The translations under genes and the position numbers were made by a program. A stretch of DNA of 64,000 nucleotides, taken from NCBI GenBank assembly GCA_951406725.2, contig OX597826.1:46190001-46254000 (forward strand), read 5' to 3'. Source of the stretch: Octopus vulgaris (lineage: Eukaryota). Every line of letters begins with the position of its first letter. Positions within the stretch are counted from its first letter, which is position 1. The notes below the pieces were generated by a model. It made no database searches. It saw nothing but the letters and a program-made list of their open reading frames with translations, and had not been told where the DNA came from. Of this stretch, positions 25,263-39,673 are shown in pieces.

Positions 25263-26751
25263 CACATACATGCACACACTTCTTGACCTATGAATGAGAC
25301 AATAATTGTTCATGAGTGTGGACAAATGCACCACACACATGCGCATGCATGCACACACACATGCACATGCATATATACTCTTACATAGATTTACAGGCGT
25401 AAACTGATAGAAACATTTTGAAAGCTACATATTGTGCCTCAAGTAGTGCAGATAGATGCTGCATCAGACAAGAATATATCCTGAACAAAATGTTGAAGCA
25501 ATATGAAGAAACAAAAAAAAAAACAAAAAAATAAAAGAAATAAGATGCAAGATGAATGCCCAATGAGATTAAATATATGAGGTATCCAATTATTATAAGA
25601 TATTTTAAATGTCTGTATATATATATATATGAAGAGTAAGAGAGAGAGAAAAGTACCTGAAGACAAGGGAAGATTATACCAAATGAGACATTTTAAACAT
25701 AAAGAAGAAATAATAACATAATTTTTTTTTAAATGGGATTAATAATGTAGTTAGAGTTTATTACTTCTTCCAGCTTGATATTGCCAAACACAAGAAAAGT
25801 TGAAACCTCATATAAATACTCGAATTTATTACAAGAATCTTTCAATAGTGAAATTAAGCTGGTATTTACTCTGAACTTTGAAAGAATATCACTCTAGCCT
25901 CTGCAGCAATGAAAAACGAAGAACAAAGTAAATGTATAAATAAATAAATAAATAAATAAATAAAATTCTGTCTGTCTGTCTCTCACATTCTCTCTTGCTG
26001 TGAATATGATTCCATACAAAATAAAAACGCTTTTAATCCTTTCATTCTGCAAACAACTCATCCAATTATTATTAACTTTCAACCCTTCGAAACAAAAATC
26101 TGATCCTACCAGAAATTCCTTCCCTCTGGAATGTCTTCCCCCACCAATGTTCTTCTTTCAATCACTGATATATATATACAGAAGTTCAAACTGAATTTCG
26201 ATGCCATCATTGTAATGGACATTCCTCTTCCTACTTTCATGTTAACAAAAAAAAAAAAAAAAAAAAAAAACACTTCCCAACTTTTTTCTGAATATCTGTG
26301 TAATAGCAAAAACTGATAAATGTTACCAAACATAAGATTAATGCAAGTTTCTCATGAAATGAGCTGACAGGTAATTCTTCATTGTTGAATATTTCATTGT
26401 TGGATTTTGACTAAATAAAAATTATAAAATTTATTCTTTCTTTTTAAAAAAAATTACACTACTAAATTATTTTAAAAATTACATTGTGAATTAACAATTG
26501 AATTAGTTTTAATTCAGATGTCACTGGCTATCAACAATAATATACTCCAGATAGCACATATGTACACATCATCTTACTCTCCTTATGTATATGATCACTA
26601 AGTGTGGCAACCTCAGTGACCATCCCAACCTGATAATCTGATCCATTCTGAAGAAAACCCTTCTATTGCCCTCAATCAATGAGCTACAGAGGTAACTTTT
26701 ATTCTTACCAAACTCTTCATTTGAGGAGATCAGGGAGATCACCTAATTTAA

Positions 26752-26973
26752 CCCTTTCGTTACCAACCCGGCTGAAACCGGCTCTGGCTCTATAGTACAA
26801 ATGTCTTGTTTTCATAAATTTTGAATTAAAATCTTCCACCAAACCTTAGTCACAATTTATGTTCCTAACACTAGCTTAATGATAACTAAGTTATTTTATT
26901 AAATTCTTTGTTATATTTCAAATTAATTGAAAGAAACACAGAGCATCTCAAAATAAATACGCTAATGAAAGGG
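26752..26973. mobile_element. piggyBac-like TTAA MITE (family 2), complete
   Basis: TTAA|CCCTTTCGTTA ... TAATGAAAGGG|TTAA, with TTAA target duplication at 26748-26751 and 26974-26977. Confidence 0.8.
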
Positions 26974-27150
26974 TTAAGTAAACCCATAACTGTGTTATAT
27001 TCCCAAGAAGAGTCAGCTTGCCACTCCTGTTAGTCCCCGACATATCACCAACACTTATAATGTTGTAAAAGTGATGTAATTAGTCATAAACAATCATCTG
27101 CTGTGCCACCTTCACACCCTTTCCTTTCGCAATGACAGAACTTGACGAAT

Positions 27151-27372
27151 GCGGTGAGCTGGCAGAAACGTTAGCACGCCGGGTAAAATGCTTAGCAGTA
27201 TTTCGTCTGTCTTCACGTTGTGAGTTCAAATTCCACTGAGGTCGACTTTGCCTTTCATCCTTTCTGAATCAATAAATTAAGTACCAGTTGTCTACTGGGG
27301 TCAGTCTAATCGACTGACCCCATCCCCCCCGGCCAACCCAAAATTTCAGGCCTTGTGCATAGTGTAGAAAAG
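27151..27372 (+). mobile_element. SINE family B
   Basis: GCGGTGAGCTGGCAGAAACGTTAGCACGCCGGG...GTCGACTTTGCCTTTCATCCTTTC. Confidence 0.8.
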
Positions 27373-28149
27373 AAAAAAATGATGGACCTTGATATCTTGT
27401 GTCATTCAAATGTGGCTTCTAAGAATGTCTGCTAAAACTGCATTAATTCCCTTCACATAAGGAAAGTCCCTCCAGTTAAGTTACCTGCCCAAGGGCCCTA
27501 TCTCTAGTTTCTTGGCTTCGAAGTTTCCATGTTAATCCCTTCATAATAGCCTGTTTTAACAAAGCTCATTACGGCCAATATTAAATAAGTACCCCAGATA
27601 GTGAATGAGGGTAATGGAAGTGGTTTTTCAGAATGGGTAATCTTGTAGAGTTGCAGTGATTTTGAACATTATCATACTTGATAATCATGTGCATGAGGAG
27701 AGTAAGTGTATGTGTGAGTATTGTATGTGTACATGTCTGCATATGCATGCAATCTGGAGCATATTTACATATTAGAATTAATCCCCGCCCTCATCATTCC
27801 TTTTGTACATCAATGACTGTTTTCAACATATGCATAGCAATGCAGGCGATATCTTACATCATCATCATCATCAACATTGTTGTTTTCACATAGATTTTTC
27901 TATGCAGGCATGGGTTGGATGGAAATTTCAGGAAAGAGTTTTATTACCATATGCCCAACCCAATTGTGACATTTTAGTTTCCTCTTACAACATGGAAACA
28001 ATTTCACTTGGAAATAATCTGGGAAGACTGGTAAAAATCACAGGTACCTGTTTGTTCTCTTTTCACTAAATTTGCCTCTTTATGTTACAAGAAAGTGAAA
28101 TCGTTAGCCACTACACACATTTTTTTCTCTCCTTGTTTTTTCTGTGTCC

Positions 28150-28185
28150 CTTTCTGTAGAAGAGCGTAGGCTCGAAACGTAAAAG
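28150..28185 (+). ncRNA. Minimal type I hammerhead-like motif with variant core (CUGUAGA)
   Basis: CTTT-CTGTAGA-A-GAGC-GTAG-GCTC-GAAA-CG-TA-AAAG: all three stems are identifiable and stem III is the palindrome ACGT. Confidence 0.5.
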
Positions 28186-28318
28186 ACTTTTTCTATTCCT
28201 GGGCGTTGTGGATACCTAAAACTTGTGGATACCTAAGGCTACAGGTAGTAACCTGCTACCCACATAATCCCTACCAGGAATAAGACTGAACCTGAGACAA
28301 ACCAAAATAATAATGATT

Positions 28319-28527
28319 CCAAATTTTGGCACAAGGCCTGCAATTTCACGGAAAGGGATAAGTCAATTACATTGACCCTAATGTTCAACTGGTACCTATT
28401 CTATTAATGCCAAAAGGCTGGAAGGCAAAGTCAATGTTGGTGGAATGTGAACTCAGAATGTAAAGATGGATGAAGTATTGCCATGCATTTTGCCTGGTGT
28501 GCTAATGATTCTACCAGCTGACTGCCT
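28319..28527 (-). mobile_element. SINE family B, diverged
   Basis: TTTTGGCACAAGGCC...GAACTCAGAATG...CCAGCTGACTGCC. Confidence 0.7.
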
Positions 28528-29143
28528 TAATAATAATAATAATAACAATAGTAATCTCAAGTTTTAAAACAAACATAATTTTCGTATGTTTTTTTTAGAC
28601 ATTCACTAGTACAACACTAAATACAAAACCAAATATATGGCACACTAGGCATAACAACAACATGAACTTCCAACCTGTTGTCTCTTGAGGTCTCTGGGTG
28701 AGACTTGGAGCCAACTTGTACAAATATAAAGCAAAAGTCAAACATAGAATAACAATAATAAATATTAGGCTAAAGATCAGTTAAATTTATAAATTATAAT
28801 TATTGGTTGCTTAAGATTTGAATGTGATTTGAATGTGATTTCAATTCTCACACAAGTCTAATTGTGATTTGCCTTAGTATTTAGGATTATCAAAAGATCA
28901 GCAAGCACACATCTGAGCAATTTTGAGCTTTTGAGCTGGCTGACCAAAGAGAACAAAATGAGATTAAAATATAAATGACCATTGGTTAGAAATAAATCTG
29001 TTTCACTGAATGTAGAATATATAAAAGTAGTATGCTGTCCACCATAAAAGAAAAAAAAACAAAAATAAACCAAAAACTAAACAAAAATGTCTTTATGATA
29101 TACATCAGATGTAGACTCACAGATACACAACACTGATATAGAT

Positions 29144-29252
<109 letters not shown>

Positions 29253-30275
29253 CACCTGCAGTATTGTTGAAATGATTTGTGTCCGATTAGTCATTAGTCA
29301 GTGAAGCCTTTAAACAATCACATTGTCTTGACTGAACCATCGCTCATGTGGAACAGTTTCTCAGAACACTTTCAATGTCTTAATTCATTAATTTAAACTG
29401 AAGATATTAGCAAAAATTTAATCCACTGTACACTTTAATTAAACCTGCTTGTTCTAGCATAAGAAAAACAGTTGTCTCGGAGAACAGCTTATACGAAAAC
29501 AATCTTTATTTGCCTACTTGTTTTGTTTGGCTTATTCGGTTTGATTCTTCTTTTTGAAATTTCTTGCCCGTAAGCACCTTCTGACAATCATTAACTTTTT
29601 AATATAACGGCGACTGTGAAGTCATTATTTGCGGAGAACCTCGTGATGAGAAACACTTTAATGAATATATTGCTTTAGTTTAGAGGTTGTACGAAGAAGA
29701 AATAAAAGCTGCCATGGTACTGTGCAGAAAGAAAGAAAGAAAAGAGAAGAAAAGAGAAGAAAGAAAGAGAATAAAGAAATGCATTTCTGCAATGTAGAAA
29801 CTTTATTAAAGTATGTCTTCTCATAGATGTTTTTATGTTACAAAAGTATGATCGTATTCAACAGTGTTTTCTCCTAAACAACAGACTAATTGTGCGGCAG
29901 CCACTTACGCCCACCAGTATTAAAATGGATTTATATACAGCGACGATAAAAACCTTTCTAAAAGGTGAGATCATTAGGCTAAGTTTTTAAATTTTCTTTA
30001 AAATTGAAATTCTGAAGAATGGCAAAACACAGAAGCGCTATCATAATACAAGTAGATGGAAGACATTATGGTTGAGTGAGACACGTTTTGTTGCTAACTT
30101 GCTCGCTTTAAGGAGTTAAAGCCTGGAGGTATTCAAGCGGAAATTTCAAACTTAATGTAAACAGATATGCACAACTCAAGATATTTTTAATTATCGTCTT
30201 TTAACGAGCCTTATTCTTTAGCTGATAAGCAATATACATTGCCTAAGTTAACGGTTCTTTTTGTTGAGAAAACAA

Positions 30276-30313
<38 letters not shown>

Positions 30314-30629
30314 TAATAATAATAAAAATAATAATAATAATAATGATAATAATAATGAATAAAAGTGTGGAAAACACAAATAAGAAATATGTTTTCCATT
30401 ACAGATGCACCGCCAAACTTGTTGTCGTTGAAATAACAGAACATCTTTCAAAACTGATTGGCTGTATCAATATTCTGTGATAGTGGAGATGAACGGTTAA
30501 TTCACCGAAGAAAAATATGAAGAACTGTACATAAAGGAAAATCAATATTTAAAAGGATGGTCTTAAAAATCTTATGTGGCTGTATAGTGTATATATAAGT
30601 ATATGCATCACATGCATGTATAGATGTAT

Positions 30630-31265
30630 GTAGTGTGGTGAGATAGTAGTGTACAGTGTGTGTGGTGTGATAGTGCATGGGGTGTGATTGTGGCGTTTGG
30701 TGTATGTATGTGTGTGTGTGTGGAGTGTGGTACATAGTGTGTGAGAAAGAGTGTATGGTGCATGTATAATAGTGGTGTATATGATGTGTTGGTTGTATGT
30801 GGTATGAAGTGTGTAAGAGACAGCTATGCGCAATTGTGATAGTAGTGTATAATGTATGGTGTATGGTACAACAGTGGTACAAGGTATGGGGTGTACAGTG
30901 TATTGTACAACAGCGGTACAAGGTATGTAGCGTATGGTGTATTGTACACCAGTGGGTCAAGGTATGCAGTGTATGGTACAACTGTGGTGCAAACTATGGG
31001 TTGTACAGTGTATAGTACAACAGTGCTGAAAGATATAGGGTGTATGGTACAACAGTGGTACAAGGTATGAGGTGTATGGTGTATGTTACAACAGTGGTGC
31101 AAGCTATGAGGTGTATGGTGTATGGTACAAGGTATGGCGTGTATGGTGTATAGTGGAAGGTATAGGGTGTACAGTGTATGGTATGACAGTAGTGGAAGGC
31201 ATGTGGTGTATGATGTATGGTACAATGGTCATGCAAGGTATGGGCCATATGGGGCAACGGTGGAA
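30630..31265. repeat. Degenerate GT-rich minisatellite, unit about 39 bp
   Basis: Recurrent GTATGGTACAACAGTGGTACAAGGTATG..GTGTATGGT. Confidence 0.8.
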
Positions 31266-31583
31266 CATGGCAAGTTAATACGACTGCTGTGTAAATGTTA
31301 ATAAATTTGAGAAAAGGTTTTAAGTGTAAAAGAAGCTACAGGAATTCCCAATAAAGGCTAAATAAGTAATAAGCAGGCAAGATCTTAGAAAGCTAGTGAT
31401 GGAAGATGAAAGATTAAATACTTTAAGTTCACGATGTATAGAATTTATCTGGAGATGAAAAACTAAATATCAAATTAATAATAAAATTCACTGATAGCAC
31501 CAAATGTTTTTTTTTCTCAATTTGTAGTAACCTTAACATGTATAATTTTATACACATAGAATACATACATATATACCCCCCCC

Positions 31584-31625
<42 letters not shown>

Positions 31626-31629
31626 TTAT

Positions 31630-32042
31630 TCTTTTACTGGTTTTAGTCATTTGATTGTGGCCATGCCACAGCACCACCTTTGGTTGAACAAACTGACCCC
31701 AGGACTTATTCTTTGGTCACTTTTGCTGAACTGCTAGCTTACGGGGATGTCAACACACCAACATCGGTTGTCAAGTGATGGTGGGGGAGGAGACAAACAC
31801 AGACACACAAACATATATATATATATATATTTATATATAATATATATAGATAGATACATATATACACACATGCATACATGACAGGCTTCTTTTAGCTTCC
31901 GTCTACCAAAATTCACTCACAAGGCTTTGGGCGCCTGAGGCTATAGTAGAACACACCTGCACTAGGTGCGCTGCAGTGGGACTGAACCCGGAATTATGTG
32001 GTTGAAAAACAAGCTTCTAACCACACAGCGATGCTTGCACTT
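31630..32042 (-). mobile_element. SINE family A
   Basis: Reverse complement of the 8417 copy, with an internal deletion. Confidence 0.75.
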
Positions 32043-32044
32043 AA

Positions 32045-32392
32045 ATACACACACACATATATACATATATATATATACATACATATAATACATATATTAT
32101 ACATATATACATTTATAGATATATATATATTATACATATATACATTTATAGATATAATACAAACATATATATATAATATGAACATATATATATATATATA
32201 TATATAATTAAATATAATATGTATATATAAATATATGTATGTATAAATACATACATATAAATGTTTATTTCTTTTCATTTGTCTAGTTTGTTAACATATC
32301 GCGTCTTGCTAAGTTGAGAGCACAAATTTAGTGGTAAGATAGTTTGACATCTATTTTTAGCATATAGTGATCTCTCATATTGCTTATGTTTA

Positions 32393-32450
<58 letters not shown>

Positions 32451-32494
32451 TGTAAATATATATAAATATATATACATATATTATATATACACAC

Positions 32495-32542
<48 letters not shown>

Positions 32543-33425
32543 TTACATAAACCTTCCTCGAATGGGGCTTTTACATGCCGAAATCTACTTGGTGAAATTA
32601 ATGATTATTCCAAATTAATTAATTTCACCCTATATTATTACTTATATATATATACACACACATATATATACATATATATACATATATAAACATAAATATA
32701 TATATATAGATAAATATATCAATATATATATATATACATAAACATACATATATATATACACACACATATATATACACATATATATACATATATACATACA
32801 TATATACACACATATACATATACACATACACACATCTATATATGCACATATATATATATACATACATACATATATACATGTATATTTATACATACATATA
32901 TATACATATATACATATATGCATTCATATATATACACACACATATACATATATGCATTCATATATACACACACATTTATATATATATGTACACACATTTA
33001 TATATATATATGTATGTACACACATTTATATATATATATATATATATACACATACATATATATACATATACAGTTATACATATACATATATATACATACA
33101 TATACATACATATACATATACATACATATATATACATATACATACATATATATACATATATATACATATATACATATATATATACATATATACATATATA
33201 CATATATATATACATATACATACATATATACATATACAAATATACATATATATACATACATATATATATATACATACATATATACATATACATATACATA
33301 TATATATATACATATATATATATATACATACATATATTTCTACATATACATATACATACATATATTTCTATATATACATATATATACATATATATGTACA
33401 TATATATACATAGACACACACACAT

Positions 33426-33472
<47 letters not shown>

Positions 33473-33720
33473 CATATACATATAAACATGTAGAATTATA
33501 ACCTATAAGGGTGCATGTGTATCAGTATATAAACTGTATATATATGAATAAATGCGTATTTACATATATACACACACATCTAAATATTTATTATACATAA
33601 ATGCATACATATACATACCCACACATACACACACACATGTATATTGATACACACACACACACATACACACACATATACATATTACGGAATGAGAGACAGA
33701 GAGACAGACACACACACACA
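32045..33720. repeat. Long (TA)/(CA)/(TACA) compound microsatellite field
   Basis: Source of the many Y/I/H/T-rich spurious ORFs. Confidence 0.9.
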
Positions 33721-34884
33721 GGTATGCACAAGAGTTTTCCTTATTCCATTAGTCATAACCTGAGAGCGACGTTAGATCGAACAAGTGCAGCTAATCATCA
33801 GCATAAACTTATATAGTAAAGATAAGTAAATAAAAAGTTTTTTATGGTGTAAGATATAATTGTTTTACTGCTTCGAAAGGGAATTTTCGCTTGGAAGCCA
33901 TAACCTTTGCAAATGGAACCATAACATCTTGGAATAATCACACCATTTTAGAAATCAAAGAACTGAACAAAAGATTAAAACATTTTTAAAGCATTTTGTC
34001 AAGTAAAATTTATACAGATTCTATGTCTGAACTATTCCGCAGTAAATTTGATTCTCTAAGAGAACGCGATGAGAATAGTAAAACACTTAGTTCACAGTGG
34101 CTGATTGGCGAGGGGCATCTACAAGATGGCATATATCACATGTTATTAGATCAGTTAAAACTCTATTACATAGGTTTCTCTTCCCCCCATTTCTAGCGAT
34201 ATTCTCATGCAACTGATGTAACAACTCAAATTTAACTTAACATCATTTTATTCATGATCAACACAGAATATTTGATGATTTAATAAATTTTGCCATTAAT
34301 TGGTGGCTAGATATGGCAATAAGGGTGAATTATGGTGTGGCACCTAGAAGATCAAAAAGCCAAAAGCTCGAGTAAAGTCAACGATGTTATGGAATTATGA
34401 TTCAAGAATGAACTTCTTGCAAACAAACACCAGTCTTTATAGGTTCATTAAATGGTATAAAATAGCAATAAAAGACACTGGATTAAAAGCAGTCAATCAA
34501 TTTGATTATATCTGGTTGCAATATTGAAGATGATTAATAATGACAAATAAATCAATAATTACACTGATTAGAGGATATTTACTGACCACAAAACTATCGT
34601 TTCAAATCAAAGGATTCTACATATCAAGCAGGAAGTTCAACTCCTCGTTGGATTGTGATACTTGGTACTGATGTGGGGCGGGGGGAAAAGATGGAGGAGT
34701 AGCAGAGTTCAGTCTTCACAGAAATAAAAATCTACTGGAATATACGAAAGTATTATGAAGAAAACAGAGTTGGCTCGACCAGTTCAATAATGATTTCTTA
34801 CACAGGCACAAAGCAATAGATTTCAGTGGAAGGAGGTGAAGTGGACTAAAATGACCCCGGTACTAAATATTTTTCTTATATTGT

Positions 34885-35655
34885 ACACATGGCTGTGTGG
34901 TTAAGAAGCTTGCTTGGCAACCACATGACTGTGAGTTCAGTCCAACTGCACAGTACCTTGGGCGAGCATCTTCCACTATGCTCTTGAGCTGACCAATACT
35001 TTGTGAGTAAATTTGGCAAACAGAAACTGAGTGGAAGCTTGCTGTGTACATTATTAAGTACATATGTATATACATGCATAAGTACATACACACATATTGC
35101 ACATTTGTATATGTGTATCTTTGTCCTTGTGTTAGTCCCCCTTCCACACACACACACATACACACCCATACCTACTTAACAACTGATGTTGTCTCCTTTG
35201 TCTCCAGAACTTAGCAGTGACACAGGCAAAGAACAATAGGTGCAGGCATAGCTGTGGGGCAAGAGGCTTGCTTCCCAACCACATGGCTCCAGGTTCAGTC
35301 CCACTGGGTGGCACCTGGGCCAAGTGTCTTCTACTATAACTTTGTGCTGACCAAAGCTTCATGAGAGGATTTGGTAGATGGAAACCGAAAGAAGCCGGCC
35401 ATATATATATATATATATATATATGCGTGTGTTTGTGTGTGTGTGTGTTTGTGCCCCTATCACTGCTTGCCAAACAGTGTTGGTGTGGTTATTCACTTGT
35501 AACTTAGGAGTTTGGTAAAAAGAGACCAATAGAATAAGTACTAGGCTTACTTACAAACAATAAGTCCTGGGGGTTGATTTCTTTTACTAAAAACCCTTTA
35601 AGTTGGTGCTCCAGCATGGCTGCAGTCAAATGACTGAAACAAGTAAATGAATAAA
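34885..35655 (+). mobile_element. Two adjacent SINE family A copies
   Basis: Heads GGCTGTGTGGTTAAGAAGC (about 34891) and TAGGTGCAGGCATAGCTGTGG (about 35238). Confidence 0.75.
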
Positions 35656-36329
35656 GGAACAATACCATCATTTCAATGTGTGCTCAATGAGCCATTCTGA
35701 CTCCAGACATAAAGTGATATATGTAAATACCACATCATATTTTATCATGTCGCTCTACTGATTCTACCACTCAACGGTCCTTAACTGACTTAACAATAAT
35801 TAACTAATAATTAATTGATAAGTCAAAGGTATTTTACTCCGAGGTAAAATAACAAAGTTAGGGTTAGATAAAGTGCTGACACCAGGGTGGCTGTGAGGGT
35901 AAGGAGTTTGGTTCATAACTATGAGGTTCGATCCCACTGCTTGGTACCTTGGGCAAGTGCCTTCTATCATAGACTTGTGGGTGAATATTTAGATGGAAAC
36001 TAGATGGAAACTGTGTTGAAGTTTGTTTGTGAGACCATTCCTGCCCTGGGGTGGCAGACTTAATGAATCACATGGTTGAATTCCACTATCTGGTCATCAG
36101 GTGCCTTTTTGAGGTCCACTCTATGGACGCTACTAAAATGTGTGTGCCTGCAAACAAACACACACACTGAAAATATGAAAGGGTTCTGCAGGATCTGTTT
36201 ACAGTTTCTCTCACAAAGCATACTGGTCACCCTGAAGCTTATAACCCTTTTGATACTAACTCCTCTGAGAGGCGACCTTGGTTCTATTACACAAATTTCA
36301 TGTTTATGCAATCTAATTAAAATCGTTCT

Positions 36330-37512
36330 ACCGTAAAAATGTTAAGTAAATTGTTGTTCGAAACACTAGCTAAATAATGAAAAAGATATTTTATTAAACA
36401 CTTCATTGCTTTTAAAATTAACTGCTGCAGAAACAGCATATTTTAATAAAAATATGATAAGAAGAGGATCAAAATGATCTAAATTAGAATTTTCTATCAA
36501 AATTTTCTGTTAATTTTTGCTCTTAATACCAGCTGAATACTGACATTTTACAAAATTCTTAACGATTTTCAATATGAATTGCAACAAAGACAGCACATCT
36601 TAACAGAAATATGATAACAAAAGGGTTAAAGTAATATCAATTACAATTTTTTTTTGAAATTTCCTGTTAATTTTTCTTCTAAACATCAGCTAAATAATGA
36701 CAAAGTTATCTTATTGAATCCCTCTGTTACTTTCTCTTTCACATGTTTCAGTCATTTGACTGTGGCTGTGCCGGAGCACTGCCTTTAGTCGAGCAAATCG
36801 ACCCCAGGACTTATTCTTTGTAAGCCTAGTGCTTATTCTATCAGTCTCTTTTGCCGAATCGCTAAGTTACGGGGACGTAAACACACCAGCATCGACTGTC
36901 AAGCGATGTTGGGGGGACAAACACAGACACACACATGTATATATATACACATACATACAACGGGCTTCTTTCAGTTTCTGTCTGCCAAATCCACCCACAA
37001 GGCTTTGGTCAGCTCGAGGCTATTGTAGAAGACACTTGCCCAAGGTGCCACACAGTGGGACTGAACCCGGAACCATGTTGTTCATAAGCAAGCTACTTAC
37101 CACACAGCCACTCCTACACCTACTTTCAAAATTAATTAAAGCAAAGACAACATATTTTAACAGAAATATTATAACAAGGGGGCTTAAAGTGATACAAATT
37201 AGTATATTTTGTCAAAATACCTTGTAAATTTTTGTTTTAAGCACCAGGTAAATAATGAAGATATTTAACTACATCCTTTGATATTTTGAAAATTAAATGC
37301 AGCAAAGACAGCATATTTTAACAGAAATATTCTAACAAAATTGTTAAAATGATATAAATAAGAATCTTTTGTTAAAGTTTCCTGTTAATTTTTATTCTAA
37401 ACACCAACTAAATAATGGCAAAGTTATTTTTATTTAACCCTTCGTTAAATTTTCAAAACTAATTGCAGCAAACACAGTATATTTTAACAGAAATATGGTG
37501 ATAAAAGGGTTA
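36330..37512. repeat. Cluster of degenerate TTAA-MITE family 2 fragments in tandem, interrupted by a SINE A (36734-37122, minus)
   Basis: AAACACCAGCTAAATAATG..AAAG..ATTTTA..GCAGCAAA..CAGCATATTTTAACAGAAATAT..AAAAGGGTTAA motif recurs several times; resembles 26752-26973. Confidence 0.6.
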
Positions 37513-38134
37513 ATATAGTTTGCATTGATGCATCATGAGTCATGCATTATTTAAACTTTCCTCTGGTTTTGTTTTATATCTTTCAAAAGGTTCTGCCTGG
37601 GGGTTACATTTGAAAGCTAGACTTTCTAAGTCGTCCGCATTAATCATTCTGCTTTTTATTTCTGTCTTATTTTTGTCGAAAAAAATTATTCCAATTTTCC
37701 AAAACCACTCAAAAAAAAAAAAAAAGCATTAATTTCGATAAAAGTAATAAAATTATTTAAAAAGTAAAATAAGGCAACAGCTACAACAACTACGAAAATT
37801 ATTGTCACTGACATCTTGTGAGATTGCCTATACATATATTGTTATAGACTTTGCTGATGGCTCTTATCCAAACACTGCATCATGGTTTGAGATGCTTTAA
37901 CAAGTTATGGCTAATTTCTATTAAAATAACAAGATAAATAGGCAGGCAAGCAGACAGACAGACAGACAGATAGATAGATAGAGAGATAGATAAATAAATA
38001 AAATAAAACAACAGTGGATGCTCAGCAACAGCAGCAACAGTGGTCACCCCTATTACTAAGTTGACCAACAGGATGAAATATAAAAAAAAAAAAACTTTAA
38101 AATAGATAGAAACTGAAGCCTGCCACACCCACCG

Positions 38135-38189
<55 letters not shown>

Positions 38190-38375
38190 CCGGAGTAAAC
38201 ACATAAATGTGAAACAAGGTGGAAAAAAGAGTACTCAAATACCAGTGGTAGAGTAATATGCTTTGTTTAAAGCAGCAGAAAATTCAACAAAACCTGTTAC
38301 TCTGAGTTTCCTGTTGCCGGCAACGGGAAACTCAGAGTAACAGGTTCTGTTGAATTTTCTGCTGCTTTAAATAAA

Positions 38376-38380
<5 letters not shown>
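38190..38380. mobile_element. (TA)n-embedded short element ending in a spacer-less palindrome with 62-bp arms (38257-38380)
   Basis: Centre ...GAGTTTCCTGTTGCC|GGCAACGGGAAACTC... between 38318 and 38319, with only a few mismatches. Confidence 0.8.
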
Positions 38381-38416
<36 letters not shown>

Positions 38417-38918
38417 TGTATGTATGTATATAAATCTATCTATCTCTCTATTAATCTATTTATCCACACACACACACACACATGGTTATTTGAAGTCTTT
38501 CAGAAACAAAGGAACTGGTTTCCAACAAAGATACAGAGTTCCAGCATTAGAATATAAATAAAAATGTCACATACTAAACTTGAGAAAAGTTTGCAAAATT
38601 TATAATATCCATGTTAGCTTCATTCTATTTTCTGAAAACTCAAGTTTTTCTAGAGTGTCTCTTAGGCCTTTACTAATGTATGTATACTATGTGAGTATAT
38701 ATATATATATAAGTTATGAGAGGTAATGGTGTCAAGAAGACCCAAAGATGTCAGGTAATGCTGAGTAAGTGCTATGGACAAACTATAGTTAAGCTCCAGG
38801 TTCGGTGATTATATGAATGAGGAGTCCAACGTAGGTCATATATCAGCATGTGTATATATATATTTAGAAAAATTAACAGAATGAGATAAGAATCAAAGGC
38901 TGTGAAAGATTTCAGGAC

Positions 38919-38965
<47 letters not shown>

Positions 38966-38966
<1 letters not shown>

Positions 38967-39000
38967 TAGCTGGTGTACCTGGTAATTCCCAGGGGTAAAG
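38966..39000 (-). mobile_element. Helitron-like 3' terminus remnant
   Basis: Minus CCTGG-GAATTA-CCAGG hairpin, short spacer, then CTAG|T. Confidence 0.45.
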
Positions 39001-39424
39001 ATGTTCTATTGAAATTTCTTATTACTCTGATTTGAGAAAGAAATAAGTACCTGGGTTGATTTGTTTCACTAGACTCTTCAGTTACCAAATTGTACAGGTG
39101 AAGAGCAGTCTAACACCTGAAACTAGTACAGGACAAACGATAACCAATTTGTCACGCAGAAATCTAAATCAAAAGTAAACACTGACAACAATGGCAGACA
39201 ATGCAGTTCCAACAATGAAGGCAGTGCTCCAGAATAGTCTTGGCTACGACAGCTAAGATGAAGGGAAATATGGATAAGATGAAGGGATATAAAATGAAAA
39301 GAAATTATTAAAACCCTTTTTCCTAACAAACTGATATTTTGGTTTGGCTTTGCAACTGAAATCTTCGAGTTTTTTTTTACTTTCACAAAGTGGTGGCCCT
39401 GTATGCATTGTACATTGTTGTATA

Positions 39425-39642
39425 GAGGTGGTGGTAGTGAAGGTGGTGATAACGATGATGACCACATTGACGATGATGATAATGATCACAATGAATGTGA
39501 TGACTCGTGATGATGATGATGATGATAACAATGATGATGCTGGTTGTGATGTTGCTGTGATGCTTATCGACGATGATGATGATGATGATGACAACAGCAA
39601 CAAAGATGATACCGATGATAATGACAATGGTTGTGGTGGTGA

Positions 39643-39673
<31 letters not shown>

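Noticed and set aside
30502-31278. His/Thr/Tyr/Cys-rich ORFs
   Set aside because: Derived from a GT-rich minisatellite and open on both strands.
32625-33501. Long Y/I/H/T/M/C-rich ORFs (also near 16.5-17, 40.7-41.3, 48.4-48.9 and 63.1-64 kb)
   Set aside because: Translations of (TA)/(CA) microsatellites that are open in many frames on both strands.
36065-36105. Minus-strand CTGATGA-CCA..TGG motif
   Set aside because: Not followed by GAAA or a stem III.
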